A stretch of DNA of 64,000 nt, from positions 320,001-384,000 of the forward strand of contig CBDCDC010000002.1 of the NCBI GenBank assembly GCA_965215195.1, written 5' to 3'. Positions 28,938 through 38,960 of this stretch are shown here, piece after piece. Made by a program: the position numbers and the translations under genes. The notes beneath the pieces are model-generated. The model worked only from the letters and a program-made list of their open reading frames with translations, searched no databases and had not been told where the DNA came from. The stretch's first letter is position 1. Each line of letters opens with the position of its first letter. Source of the DNA: Candidatus Latescibacterota bacterium. GTDB taxonomy: Bacteria > Latescibacterota > UBA2968 > UBA8231.

Positions 28938-30509
28938 GTGAATGAGCGTTGGCTGGCAACGGCACTTTTCGCGGTGCTGATCGGCCTAAGCGGCTGCGCC
29001 GAGGACGACCCGCCCGGGCCCACTGAAGACGCCGTCTTGGCGGAGGTGGGGCAAACGGCGCTTCGGGTGGCGGACTACCGCCAGTACATCGCGCGGGTGG
29101 CGCCGGAATTGCGGGCCGAGTACGGGGCCGAGCGGCTCTTGGAGGCCATCGTCGAGCAAACCCTGCTCGTGCAGGAAGCCGAGCGGCGCGGGTTGGGCGA
29201 GAGCGCGGAGTTTTTGCAATGGCAGGCGCAGGCGCAGGCGCGGCTGGTGCAGCAGGCCCTGTACGAGCGCGCCGGGATCGTCCAGCCCGAGGTCGCCGAG
29301 GAGGAACTGCGGGCCTATTTCCAGCGCAGCCCGTACAACCGCCGCGTGCGCTTCAGCCTGCTGATGGTGCGCGACCAAGGGCAGCTAGCGGGGATTTTGG
29401 CCGCACTGGCCGCGGGAGCGGACTTTGAGGAGCTGTCGCTGCAGCACTCGCAGGACTCGCGGATTCTGGAGCGCCGCGCCGACATGGGCTACCACCGCTG
29501 GGGCGATACCATGGCCTCGCACGCTGCCCTGACCGAAAGGGCTTTTTCCATGCAGATCGGAGCGATCTCCGAGCCGATGCAGGTGGCCGACGGGTACTTT
29601 CTCATCAAGCTCACGGACGCGCATCCGGTCAGCTTTGAGCAGGAGCGGGAGACCATTGAGCGCTTGGTGCTGCGGGAAAAATTAGGACGGCAGCTTTTGG
29701 CTTATTACGACACCCTGCACGTGCGCTACAATGTGCGCTACGAGCCGGATGGGCTGGCAGGGGGCCGGTCGCCCGAGGCGGTCGTGGCTGCGTACGACGG
29801 CGGGGTGCTCACGGTCGCGCAGGCCCGCCAACTCCTAAAGGGCCAAGGTGCCGGCGAAAAGGTGCTGCGGCGCGAGCTCGGGCGGCGCGTGTTGGTTCCG
29901 CTCGAAACCGCACGGCTCGCGCTGGCGGCCGACCCGGACCTACAGCGCGCACTGGAGCGACTGCGGCAGACGCAGCTTGCGCGGCGCTTGCAGGACGCCC
30001 TGCAAGCGCAGGTGCCGCCGCCCAATTCCAACGGCCTGAGCCTGTTTTACGAAGAGCACAAGCACCGCTACCTTGCGCCGGCCGAGGTGGAGGTGCGCCG
30101 GCTTCTCGCCCGCGACGAGGCCGAGGGCAGCGCCATTGTCGAGCAGATGCGCGCCGGCCGCGATACGACCGCGCTAGTGGACCGCTTCGTCAGCGTGATT
30201 TACGGCAGCGGAGCCTTAGCGGGCGACAATCCGGTCAGCCGCGCCCTGCGCGCCGACGAAGGGACCGTGCACGGCCCCTTTGCTACGGATAATGGTTATA
30301 TTGTCTTACAGGTGTTGCGCCGCCGGCCGGCCCGGCTGCCGCCGCTAAGCGAAATCCGCGAGCAGGTGGAGGCGGATTGGGCGGCGGCCCAGATCCAAGC
30401 GGCGGTCCAAGAGTTGGCCGCGTCTCTGCGCCAGCGCCGCGCCCACGAAATCCGCTTCAGCCCAGACGCTGTGGCGTTAGCCCTTTTGGCCACTTCCCAT
30501 GGCGAATAG
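28938..30509 (+). CDS. PpiC-type peptidyl-prolyl isomerase lipoprotein
   Basis: LSGC lipobox; GADFEELSLQHSQD, ISEPMQVADGY, GPFATDNGY. Confidence 0.8.
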   Translation: MNERWLATALFAVLIGLSGCAEDDPPGPTEDAVLAEVGQTALRVADYRQYIARVAPELRAEYGAERLLEAIVEQTLLVQEAERRGLGESAEFLQWQAQAQARLVQQALYERAGIVQPEVAEEELRAYFQRSPYNRRVRFSLLMVRDQGQLAGILAALAAGADFEELSLQHSQDSRILERRADMGYHRWGDTMASHAALTERAFSMQIGAISEPMQVADGYFLIKLTDAHPVSFEQERETIERLVLREKLGRQLLAYYDTLHVRYNVRYEPDGLAGGRSPEAVVAAYDGGVLTVAQARQLLKGQGAGEKVLRRELGRRVLVPLETARLALAADPDLQRALERLRQTQLARRLQDALQAQVPPPNSNGLSLFYEEHKHRYLAPAEVEVRRLLARDEAEGSAIVEQMRAGRDTTALVDRFVSVIYGSGALAGDNPVSRALRADEGTVHGPFATDNGYIVLQVLRRRPARLPPLSEIREQVEADWAAAQIQAAVQELAASLRQRRAHEIRFSPDAVALALLATSHGE

Positions 30510-31551
30510 TTCCATCGTCCTGCAACCGGCCTATATCGTCGATCGCCGGCAGGACTATATCTGGTTTGTGGGCCTGCCCTTTGCCGCGGTCTGCTTTGCG
30601 CTGGTGTCCGGGCACTACCTGCCGGGGGCCGCGCTGGCGGCCATCGCCTTGTGGGTGACCATTCCCCACCACTTCGTCACTTGGCTGCGCGTCTATGGCT
30701 CGCCGGCCGAGTTTGCCCGCTTCAAGGAGCGGTTCATTCTCGGGCCGGTGGTGCTGATCGCCTTTGCCTACGGCCTGATCCAGTGGGCGCCGTTGAGCTT
30801 GGTGTTGATCGTGACCTTGTGGGATCACCAGCACAGCTTGATGCAGCAATACGGCTTTGCGCGCGTGTACGACTTCAAGGCCAAGGCCGGCGCACCGGCC
30901 ACCGCCAAGTTCGACTTGGCCTTCAATTGGATCTTCTTTGGCAACATGCTGGTGGTGTCGCCGCTGTTTTCCGCGGTCTGGGTGCGCATGTTGCACGAGT
31001 GGCACTTGCCCATCGGCGCGGAGGCCGTAAAGACGGTCCACCTCGTCTCGTGGACCATGGCCATTGGTTACAGCCTGATCTACTTGGGTCATATTGCCTA
31101 TTGCGTCCGGCGCGGCTTGGCGCTCAACCCCCTCAAGTACGCCTTTTTGCTGTCGAGCTATTTCCTGTGGTACTTCACTAGTTTTACCACGGCCTATCTG
31201 CTCGTCTTTGCGGTGGCGCACCGGATCATGCACGGGATCCAATACATCGTCATGGTGTATTTCTACAACCGCCACAAGGTCGAGCGCACCGGCGGCGACT
31301 CGGCCCTGTTGCGCTACGTGGCGAGCAAGGGCGGCGTCAAGTTCTTTCTCCTGCTGTGCGCGGCCTACGCCGTCGTCTTTCACGCGCTGAGCGAGGGCTT
31401 GGTGCGCGACTTTGGCTTTGGCTTAGTCGGCTTTAACACCAATTTCGACCTCTTCAGCTATTCGCTGCTCAGTTCCTTTGCCCTGATCCACTACTACTAC
31501 GACGCATTTATATGGAAAGTGCGGAAAAAGGATGTGCAGGAGGGACTTTAA
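30499..31551 (+). CDS. Polytopic membrane protein with conserved His motifs, function unknown
   Basis: About 9 TM segments; PHHFVTW, HQHSLMQQYGF, HRIMHGIQY, HYYYDAFIWK. Confidence 0.7.
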   Translation: MANSSIVLQPAYIVDRRQDYIWFVGLPFAAVCFALVSGHYLPGAALAAIALWVTIPHHFVTWLRVYGSPAEFARFKERFILGPVVLIAFAYGLIQWAPLSLVLIVTLWDHQHSLMQQYGFARVYDFKAKAGAPATAKFDLAFNWIFFGNMLVVSPLFSAVWVRMLHEWHLPIGAEAVKTVHLVSWTMAIGYSLIYLGHIAYCVRRGLALNPLKYAFLLSSYFLWYFTSFTTAYLLVFAVAHRIMHGIQYIVMVYFYNRHKVERTGGDSALLRYVASKGGVKFFLLLCAAYAVVFHALSEGLVRDFGFGLVGFNTNFDLFSYSLLSSFALIHYYYDAFIWKVRKKDVQEGL

Positions 31552-31566
31552 TCAAGAGATGGAGCC

Positions 31567-33414
31567 ATGATCGAATTAGCCATCGTCCTCGCCGTTGCCG
31601 CGCTCGCCGTTGTCGCGGCCATGGTCCGCCAAACTACAGCCGATGCGTGCTACGACCTCTCCGACGGAGAGCGCCATCCGCACAAGTGGGGCTACACGGA
31701 CACCCGCTTTGAGTTCGACGGCCCGAAAACCGTGCGGGTTACGGGCAGCCGCTATCCACTGGCCGGTTTCACCATGCCGCACTTCATCCCCTTTGTCGAG
31801 GAGATGCTCCAAGTCCCGATTGACCCCAACGAGATGGCCGTCGAAAAAGAGATCCACGTGGTGCCGCCCTCGCGGGCCGACGCAAGCCTCGTGGCCGCTT
31901 GGCAAGACGCGCTCGGGGCAGAGCGGGTGTCGCTCGACGACGCGGAGCGCCTAATCCACAGCCACGGCCAGCTCAGCGTCGACGAGGTCTATCGCCTGCT
32001 CTACGGCGACGCCCTAGAGCGAGTGATCGATATAGTGCTCTATCCAGAGAGCGAAGACCACGTGCGCGCCATCGTGCGCCTCGCCTCCGAGCGCAGTGTT
32101 TGCCTCGTGCCCTACGGCGGCGGCACCAACGTCAGCGGCGCACTGGCCCTGCCCACCGACGACGGCCGCGTCTTCGCCTCGGTCGATATGCGGCGCATGA
32201 AGCGGATCGTCGAGCTCGACGAAGAAAATCTCCAAGCCTGCGTCGAAGCGGGGATTTCGGGCAAGGAGCTGGAGCGGGCACTCGCCGCCCGGGGCTATAC
32301 GGCCGGCCACGACCCGGACAGCATTGAGCTTTCAACCCTCGGCGGTTGGATCGCCACCAATGCCAGCGGCATGAAAAAAAATCGCTACGGCAATATCGAA
32401 GACATCGTCCTCGAAGCGACCCTCGTGACGCCGACTGGCGCGGTGGAGACCTTGCACGCCACGCCGCGCAACTCAACCGGCATCCAGCCGCGCGGGCTGC
32501 TCTTTGGCTCGGAGGGCAACCTCGGCATCATCACCAAGGCCGTGCTCAAAATCCATCCCCAACCAGAAGTGCGCGAATACGGTTCGCTGGTGTTCAAGTC
32601 CTTTGCCCAAGGCATGGAGTACTTGCAGGCCCTGCGCCAGACCGGGACCTTGCCGGCGAGTATCCGCCTGGTCAACAACCAAGAATTCCGCTTCGGACAG
32701 GCCCTCAAGGCCGCGCCTTCTCCCTTGCAGCACCTCAAGGAAAAGGTGCAAAAGTTCGCCTTGTTGAAGCTGTTGGGGTTTGACCCGCTAAAAATGGCCG
32801 CATGTACGATCGCCATGGAAGGGACGCGCGCCGAGGTCGCGCATCAGAAGCGGACGATCTTCAAGCTGGCCAAGGCCCACGGCGGCAAAAGTGCCGGTGC
32901 CACCAACGGCCGGCGCGGGTACATGCTGACCTTTGGGATCGCCTATATCCGCGACTTTTTGAACCAGTTCGATTTCTTGGGCGAGACCTTTGAGACCTCT
33001 GTGCCTTGGAGCCGCATCCACGACGTGACACAGGCCGTGCAAGCAGAGCTGAGCGCCCAGTGCCGCGCCCGCAGCGTGGCCGGGCGGCCCTACCTGTCGT
33101 ACCGGGTGACGCAGACCTATCACACCGGGGTGTGCATCTACTTTACGATGGGGTTTTGCGGGCGGGGATTGGCGCGGCCCATTGAGGTCTATCACGACAT
33201 TGAGCACGCGCTGCGGCAGACGATCTTGGACCACGGCGGCTCCCTGTCCCACCACCACGGAGTGGGCAAAATCCGGCAGAGCTTTGTCCAGCACATCCAG
33301 AGCGACAACAGCATTGAGGTCCTGCGAAAGACCAAAGAAGCGCTGGATCCCCAGAATATCTTTGGCATTCAGAATGGGATTTTTGGGAGTGCGCACCGGA
33401 AGCCTAAGCAATAA
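31567..33414 (+). CDS. Alkyl-dihydroxyacetonephosphate synthase (AGPS)-like FAD oxidoreductase
   Basis: KWGY, PYGGGTNVS, GHDPDSIELSTLGGW, ASGMKKNRYGNIED, PASIRL, GETFETSVPW, RVTQTY..GVCIYF, LSHHHGVGK. Confidence 0.85.
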   Translation: MIELAIVLAVAALAVVAAMVRQTTADACYDLSDGERHPHKWGYTDTRFEFDGPKTVRVTGSRYPLAGFTMPHFIPFVEEMLQVPIDPNEMAVEKEIHVVPPSRADASLVAAWQDALGAERVSLDDAERLIHSHGQLSVDEVYRLLYGDALERVIDIVLYPESEDHVRAIVRLASERSVCLVPYGGGTNVSGALALPTDDGRVFASVDMRRMKRIVELDEENLQACVEAGISGKELERALAARGYTAGHDPDSIELSTLGGWIATNASGMKKNRYGNIEDIVLEATLVTPTGAVETLHATPRNSTGIQPRGLLFGSEGNLGIITKAVLKIHPQPEVREYGSLVFKSFAQGMEYLQALRQTGTLPASIRLVNNQEFRFGQALKAAPSPLQHLKEKVQKFALLKLLGFDPLKMAACTIAMEGTRAEVAHQKRTIFKLAKAHGGKSAGATNGRRGYMLTFGIAYIRDFLNQFDFLGETFETSVPWSRIHDVTQAVQAELSAQCRARSVAGRPYLSYRVTQTYHTGVCIYFTMGFCGRGLARPIEVYHDIEHALRQTILDHGGSLSHHHGVGKIRQSFVQHIQSDNSIEVLRKTKEALDPQNIFGIQNGIFGSAHRKPKQ

Positions 33415-34207
33415 GGTAGTAGTTATCACCGGCGCTTCTGCCGGCTTGGGCGCGGCGCTGGCGCTGGCGTGTGCCCAGCAGGGAGCGCGGCTGGTTATCT
33501 TGGCGCGGAATGGCAAGCGGCTGGAGGCCGTCGCCCGAGCGTGCGAGCCGTTGGGGGGCGAGGTGCTGACCGTGGTCGGGGATGTGGCCGTAGCCGAGGA
33601 TGGCAAGCGGCTGGTGGAAGCCGCGATAGAGCGCTTTGGGCGCATAGATTACTTGGTCGCCAACGCCGGCGTCAGCATGTGGACCGCGTTTGCCGCGATC
33701 GAGGATGTGGCTCTGTTTCGCACGCTGATGGAGGTAAATTACTTAGGGGCCGTGTACTGCGTGCATCCGGCGCTGCCGCATCTAAAAAAAAGCAAGGGCC
33801 TATTCGTGGCCATTTCGTCCATTCAGGGGCAGGTGGGGGTGCCGCTGCACACGGGGTACTCGGCGTCCAAACACGCGCTACAGGGGTTTTGCGACGCCCT
33901 GCGGATGGAGGTTGCCGAGAGCGGGGTGGGGGTGATGACCGTGCTGTTGCACTGGCTCGCGGGGACGGAGCTGCGGCAACGCGCATTGGGGAGGGACGGG
34001 AAGGCGTTGGGCAGTGCATCGCGCAAACACCGCGCGGGGGCGGTGATCTTAGAGGCGGCGGCGCAGGCGATTGTGCGCGGGATGCAGAAGCGACGGCAGC
34101 GGCTCTACGTGCCTAGACGGCTCAGGCTGCTGGCGGTGGTCCACGCCCTGTGGCCGCCGCTGGCCGAGTGGGTCGTCAAGGGGAAAGTGGCGCGGGAGGA
34201 AGGGTAG
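33374..34207 (+). CDS. SDR oxidoreductase, DHRS7/DHRS7B-like
   Basis: VITGASAGLG, ANAG, AISSIQG, YSASK. Start at 33374 or 33389, overlapping the AGPS-like gene. Confidence 0.88.
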   Translation: MGFLGVRTGSLSNKVVVITGASAGLGAALALACAQQGARLVILARNGKRLEAVARACEPLGGEVLTVVGDVAVAEDGKRLVEAAIERFGRIDYLVANAGVSMWTAFAAIEDVALFRTLMEVNYLGAVYCVHPALPHLKKSKGLFVAISSIQGQVGVPLHTGYSASKHALQGFCDALRMEVAESGVGVMTVLLHWLAGTELRQRALGRDGKALGSASRKHRAGAVILEAAAQAIVRGMQKRRQRLYVPRRLRLLAVVHALWPPLAEWVVKGKVAREEG

Positions 34208-34218
34208 GCCGACGGGGA

Positions 34219-34513
34219 TCAATGCGCCGTTGAGAAAGCTCTGGCGCAGACTTGTGAGCGGCCAGCTCGGCTCCTCTTTCCCGTAAGTGACCCGCGAGAA
34301 ATTGCGCGACGAATTCTTCTTCAGTTGGGCCCTCCACCGATATGGCCAGTGTGCGCACTTGCTGATTAAAGTCCTCCGGGCAGTGTGCATCGCACGGGTC
34401 CGGCAGCAGCGCCCGCGACGAGGCCAAATTGACTTCTCCCGAGCCGCGTACCGCGACATTTTGGCAATGGGGAAATCGACTTCGGCGAGACGCTTGCATT
34501 CGCGGGGGATCAC
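34219..34513 (-). pseudogene. Concatenated remnants of DUF1156 (5'), DUF4276 (5') and DUF499 (internal) genes
   Basis: 34362-34513 matches pieces of 43470-43688; 34271-34350 matches 39500-39579; 34219-34264 matches 36676-36721. Confidence 0.85.
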
Positions 34514-35748
34514 GATGGCTTCGCTTCCTTCCACAAGCGCACGGTGAAACGGTACTCCTCCGCGATCAGGTCCGGCTCGGTGCCGTTGTGGGCCAACATG
34601 CCGGGAATGATTTTGTTCCGAATGCCCATGCCACGCGCATCCACATAGCCGTAGTCGCGCATCACGTTGACTAAGGTCTGATTGCGGGCGTAGCGCAGCC
34701 CCAATCGCATCCCGGCGGGCGTCACGGTGTTGGGCAGGCGGCCCGGACTGACGACTTCGAGGCGGTCCGAGAAGATGACCAGCATAATGTCGGTCCCCAC
34801 GATGCTGTAATCGCGGTGTACTAGGGCGTTGACCACGGCCTCGCGCACCGCACTTTCGGGAAATTCCCAGCGGTCAATCCGCCTCGCCCCTTCCAAATGG
34901 GAGGAGGGCGTCGTATTGCGCCGCACGAAATCCCACGCCTTGTCCACAAGTCCCAACTTGACAAGCTCCCCGTCCTCGGGGTCGCAGAGTGGAACCATAG
35001 GGCCTTTGAGATCCTCGTCCGCACGAGTTGCATAATCCGGCTCCGGGCCTAAGTAGCAAATAGCTCGAATGCCCGATTGTGGAAGAAACCGCTTGGGGTT
35101 CTTGCCAAACAGGAGCATTCCGTCGACGGTGGCGACCAGCTGGCCCGCTACTCGCGTCGCAAGTTCGAGGTTTTGCAGCAGCCTTTGCCACTGATCGACA
35201 TCGCTTGCAGGCGGAACGCTACCGCCCAGAACGCGGCCAAAATAATCGCGCAAATGCCGCTGGTCGAGCGAGCCGAGTGCAGTGCCGAGGACGGGCTTTA
35301 AGCCGTAGCGAAACGGTCCTCCCTGTAGGTAGAGCCGTTCCTCTTCCTCGCGGCCCGCGGCTCGCGTAGTCGTCCCGACGCGCACCTGAGTGACCCAATT
35401 TTCCCCGCGCTTGGCCTTATAAGGCTTGTCCGGCGCATCTCTCGGAAGAGATATAACGCCGACCGTCTTCCCTTCTCCCCAGTCCACGGTCTCCCAATAG
35501 GGAATCGTCGCCGGCAGGACGTGGGTGCGTGCAATTTCCATCACCCACTCCTCGACCTTGCGCGGTTCGCGGGTGAGACCGGCAACTGAGCCATTGTCCT
35601 CAACGCCGAGGAAAATGTACCCGCCCTCCAGATTGAGTAGAGCCGCAATTTCCGCGGCGAGCCGTTCCGGGCGGAGATCGGTGCGCTTGAACTCCACGCC
35701 GGAGTTCTCGCCGCTGCGGATCAGTTCGACCAAATCGGATTTGTTCAT
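34510..35748 (-). CDS. Schlafen/AlbA_2 + HATPase_c_4 (RecG-C-like) ATP-binding protein
   Basis: GENSGVEFK, LNLEGGYIFLGVEDNG, VREAVVNALVHRDY, SPGRLPN, RNQTL, RGMGI. Confidence 0.88.
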   Translation of the reverse strand: MNKSDLVELIRSGENSGVEFKRTDLRPERLAAEIAALLNLEGGYIFLGVEDNGSVAGLTREPRKVEEWVMEIARTHVLPATIPYWETVDWGEGKTVGVISLPRDAPDKPYKAKRGENWVTQVRVGTTTRAAGREEEERLYLQGGPFRYGLKPVLGTALGSLDQRHLRDYFGRVLGGSVPPASDVDQWQRLLQNLELATRVAGQLVATVDGMLLFGKNPKRFLPQSGIRAICYLGPEPDYATRADEDLKGPMVPLCDPEDGELVKLGLVDKAWDFVRRNTTPSSHLEGARRIDRWEFPESAVREAVVNALVHRDYSIVGTDIMLVIFSDRLEVVSPGRLPNTVTPAGMRLGLRYARNQTLVNVMRDYGYVDARGMGIRNKIIPGMLAHNGTEPDLIAEEYRFTVRLWKEAKPS

Positions 35749-35830
35749 GGCTTTATCTTTTTGCGGTTGTTGTACTGTGTCGCAGGCTCGCGAATTTCCA
35801 TCGGCGGCTTGAGCGTGTCAACGCTCAGGT
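35745..35830 (-). pseudogene. 3' remnant of the SNF2 helicase gene
   Basis: 35791-35828 matches 49442-49479 (LSVDTLKxPMEIRE); its stop overlaps the ATG of 34510-35748. Confidence 0.8.
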
Positions 35831-35835
35831 CATAT

Positions 35836-36083
35836 TCACCACGCAAAAAGTGCGCCCACTTCCATCGTCAACTCTCGGCCCGGATCGCCGTCCTCGCGCA
35901 CCACGAGTTGACCGTCGGTGTATCCGACATCGGCGACGCCGGAAAAATCGGAGGGAATCTGCATGAGAAAGTTGGCGTAGGTAAAAACCTGGGTCTCGTC
36001 GGCGTCGATATATTGAAAGAGCGAGCGGCCGAAAATCCGGCCTTTTTCCAACAACACCGGGCTAGGTTGGGGTAAGCCCGTAG
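35836..36083 (-). repeat. Diverged 248-bp duplicate of the 3' end of the 52844-53953 gene
   Basis: Collinear with 52844-53091 (…QPSPVLLEKGRIFGR…MEVGxLFAW*). Confidence 0.92.
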
Positions 36084-36094
36084 GCCGATGCGTA

Positions 36095-36158
36095 CCACGC
36101 CCTGCGGCCGCCACTGGCTGAGTGGATCGTCAAAGGGAAGGTCGCACGGGAGGAGGGG
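36095..36158 (+). repeat. Diverged duplicate of the 3' end of the SDR gene
   Basis: CCACGCCCTGCGGCCGCCACTGGCTGAGTGGATCGTCAAAGGGAAGGTCGCACGGGAGGAGGGG vs 34141-34204. Confidence 0.85.
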
Positions 36159-36160
36159 GC

Positions 36161-38917
36161 CTACGAACGTTCGACGCGGAGCTGGTCGCCCAGTTCGAGA
36201 TCGTCGAGAATCTGCTGCAATTCAGTTTCCATGTTGTGGGCAAACTGCGAGCGGACGCTCACAGTACATTCAATACCGACGTTAAGCTCTTCCCCGGAGC
36301 GCAGCTTGGGCAGCATCTTGGTTCCCAGCCGGTTCCAGACTTCGGGAGGTACGGTGCCGGTAAGCCGCAGCGTTGTCTTTTGATTGTCCTCGCTCGGTGT
36401 GGGCTCTGGCTGGGGTGCTAACTCTGGGCTCGGCGCGGGTTCCGGTGGCGTCTGTGGCGAATGTTTAGCTGCGGCTTTGAGTTCTCTAACTTTGGCTTTG
36501 GTCACCAAGAAGACATTCTCCTCAAACGCCACTTCCTCGGCTGCGACCGACTCTTTATACCACAGCCGATTAAAGCCGCCATCGTCCTTGGCACCCGAGG
36601 CTAGACCAAACTCTCCCTTCGCCACGAACTCAACGACCTTCTGACGCAGGACCGCATCGGGATTGAGCAGCCGCGTCAATGCGCCGTTCAGAAAGCTCTG
36701 GCGCAGACTCGTGAGCGGCCACGCGCCGGAGTCTTTGAACGCCGCGGGCCAGTGGCGGTCGATGTAGCCGGCCCCCACGTTCTCGTTGAGCAGGGCCTCG
36801 GCCTTCAAAGCACTAATGATCCGTCCGCAGAGGGTTTCGCTTGCGCTGGCGTGGCCGGCCCCGAGGTCAATGACCTTGAGCCGATGCTCTTCCTGATTGT
36901 CCGCAAGTGCCACGAACCGATAGCCGGCCCACACTTCGTCCTTAGCCGCTTCCTCCGCGTCCCGAACATGGGTCTGAATTTCGGCGCGGTCGGCGCGGTC
37001 GTACTCTGAGCCGAGGACGCCCTCGGTTACTTCTTGGGCCACGCGCTTCCAAGCGAGCCACAACTCCACCTTATCGCGCAGTTCTCGTCCTAATTTCCTC
37101 GCACACCAGACCAGTGAACCCGGGTACAGCCGTGGCGCAGTGCCTCGTTCCTGCGTCCAATGGCCAATGCGCTCGACCACTTGGTTGCCGTTTATCCATT
37201 CCTCATCGGGGTCGAGGACGATCAGAGTGAGGCGCGGCGAATCTTGGACCGTGGCGCTGTCTTGCGGGAAGAACGTTATCGGCAGGGTCGCACCGCGTTT
37301 GAATTCCTCCTCGACCAGCTTGCGGATCGCCGGCTTGATCTCTGTAGTCTCGTCGAGCGAAGCCCGTCGGTCACTGACGACCTTGCGCAGTGTCGCTTGA
37401 TGGTAGATGCGATAGCCGTCCGTGCCGACCTTGCGGATAAAGAACCCCGACCCTTCGAGAGCTGTCGCTGCGCTGTCAATAGTCGTAGTCTCGACCTCGG
37501 GCTCGCCGAGCGCAAAGCGCAATTCCGGCAGATGGGCCACCTTTTCTACCTGTCCGCCGGAGGACTCGAATAGGATGGCCGTGCCCACGCGGCGGTGGAT
37601 GTCGCGCAGTGCTCCCGTGGCATCCGCGTCGAGAGGTCTGGCATGTGCCATCGGCCCGGCGAGGTCGGCGTCAATTGCCACATCGAGCCGCGACTCGCCC
37701 AACTGGCCCAAGACCACAGCGCGAAACTCGGGCACGTCCAACGGCGCCGACCCCAGCGTAATCAGCGGCTCGGTTCGCGCCTTTGTAAACTGCTCGCGCA
37801 CGGCCCAGGAAATCCATTGCGCCAGCATGGCCAGCGCACCTCGGGTTTGCTGAAACTGAGAAAGCGCACGCCACTTGCGCTGAAAGACCGAAAGAGTTGC
37901 CGGATGAAAGGGATAGCACACCTCGAATCGGCCGCGCAAAAATTCCCTTGCCTTGGCCTCCGTCGTCGCGGTATCGACTGCTAACCACTCGGCGGGCAAG
38001 CGAGCAGTGCGTTCAAAGCACCAGTCCGCGTAGGTCTTGGCGACGCGCTTGCGAGTGCGCTCGTTGCCGAGGTCCTCAAACAGCCGCCGGCGCACCACCT
38101 CGCTGATTTCGGATTCGTCATTGGCAATTAGATCGCGGGCAACGCGACGTACCACCTTGGTGATCCGGTCCTGCCACTGCTGATCCCAATCGGTCATTTC
38201 GACTTGGCTGCGCGGCAGGCTAATGAGTGCGGCAGCCTGAGTAGTGCCCGTGACGGCGACGGTCAGGTTTTGGAGGAAGGCGTGGAAGGGCTCGGCCATG
38301 GGGCGATGGCGATTGACAAAGTTCAGGACTTCATCGAACAACAGCAGCACGGGCGCATCCGCGGCAGCGAATACGTTGGCCAGTGCCTCGGTTCCCGGCG
38401 GCGTGGTCCGTGCGGCAGCACCGAGTGCCGCGACGCCCTTATCGCCCGCTAGTTGGTGCGCCAGATCGAGCCAAGGCGTTTCCCGGCCCTCCGCAGGGTC
38501 CCAAGCATTGCCCACGAAGACGCCGACTCGGGCAGGCGGAGCTTCTGCCATGCCGGCCTCGTTCAGGAGGTCTGCCACGCCGGGGAACTTGGCGGCATCC
38601 GCGCCGGCGTTGGCGATATGGTACAGCGAAGCCAGCGTATGCGTCTTGCCGCCACCAAATTGGGTGACGAGTGTGAGAACCGGAGCTGTGTTCTCGGTCT
38701 TGCCGGAGAGACGCCGGAGGACCATGCCAGCGTGTTCCTTTAGGGCGCGGGTGAAGCAGGTGCGCGAAAAAAATTGCGCTGGATCGCGGTAATCCACGGG
38801 GGCGGTTTGGGCTACGATCTGCTCAAGGGCAATGGCGAACTCGTCCGGGCTGAACGAGCGGCCTTCGCGCACTTCTTTGCGGAGCGTTACGGTTTTGTAC
38901 CAAGGGTCAAGGGCCAT
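36161..38917 (-). CDS. DUF499 AAA+ ATPase
   Basis: DEFAIAL, FFSRT, TQFGGGKTH Walker A, LLLFDEV Walker B, EVVRRRLFE, CYPFHP, FQQTRGAL. Confidence 0.92.
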   Translation of the reverse strand: MALDPWYKTVTLRKEVREGRSFSPDEFAIALEQIVAQTAPVDYRDPAQFFSRTCFTRALKEHAGMVLRRLSGKTENTAPVLTLVTQFGGGKTHTLASLYHIANAGADAAKFPGVADLLNEAGMAEAPPARVGVFVGNAWDPAEGRETPWLDLAHQLAGDKGVAALGAAARTTPPGTEALANVFAAADAPVLLLFDEVLNFVNRHRPMAEPFHAFLQNLTVAVTGTTQAAALISLPRSQVEMTDWDQQWQDRITKVVRRVARDLIANDESEISEVVRRRLFEDLGNERTRKRVAKTYADWCFERTARLPAEWLAVDTATTEAKAREFLRGRFEVCYPFHPATLSVFQRKWRALSQFQQTRGALAMLAQWISWAVREQFTKARTEPLITLGSAPLDVPEFRAVVLGQLGESRLDVAIDADLAGPMAHARPLDADATGALRDIHRRVGTAILFESSGGQVEKVAHLPELRFALGEPEVETTTIDSAATALEGSGFFIRKVGTDGYRIYHQATLRKVVSDRRASLDETTEIKPAIRKLVEEEFKRGATLPITFFPQDSATVQDSPRLTLIVLDPDEEWINGNQVVERIGHWTQERGTAPRLYPGSLVWCARKLGRELRDKVELWLAWKRVAQEVTEGVLGSEYDRADRAEIQTHVRDAEEAAKDEVWAGYRFVALADNQEEHRLKVIDLGAGHASASETLCGRIISALKAEALLNENVGAGYIDRHWPAAFKDSGAWPLTSLRQSFLNGALTRLLNPDAVLRQKVVEFVAKGEFGLASGAKDDGGFNRLWYKESVAAEEVAFEENVFLVTKAKVRELKAAAKHSPQTPPEPAPSPELAPQPEPTPSEDNQKTTLRLTGTVPPEVWNRLGTKMLPKLRSGEELNVGIECTVSVRSQFAHNMETELQQILDDLELGDQLRVERS

Positions 38918-38960
38918 TCTGTCTCTCTCTTTGATCGGGTCTCTGCGCGGTGGTTCAATC

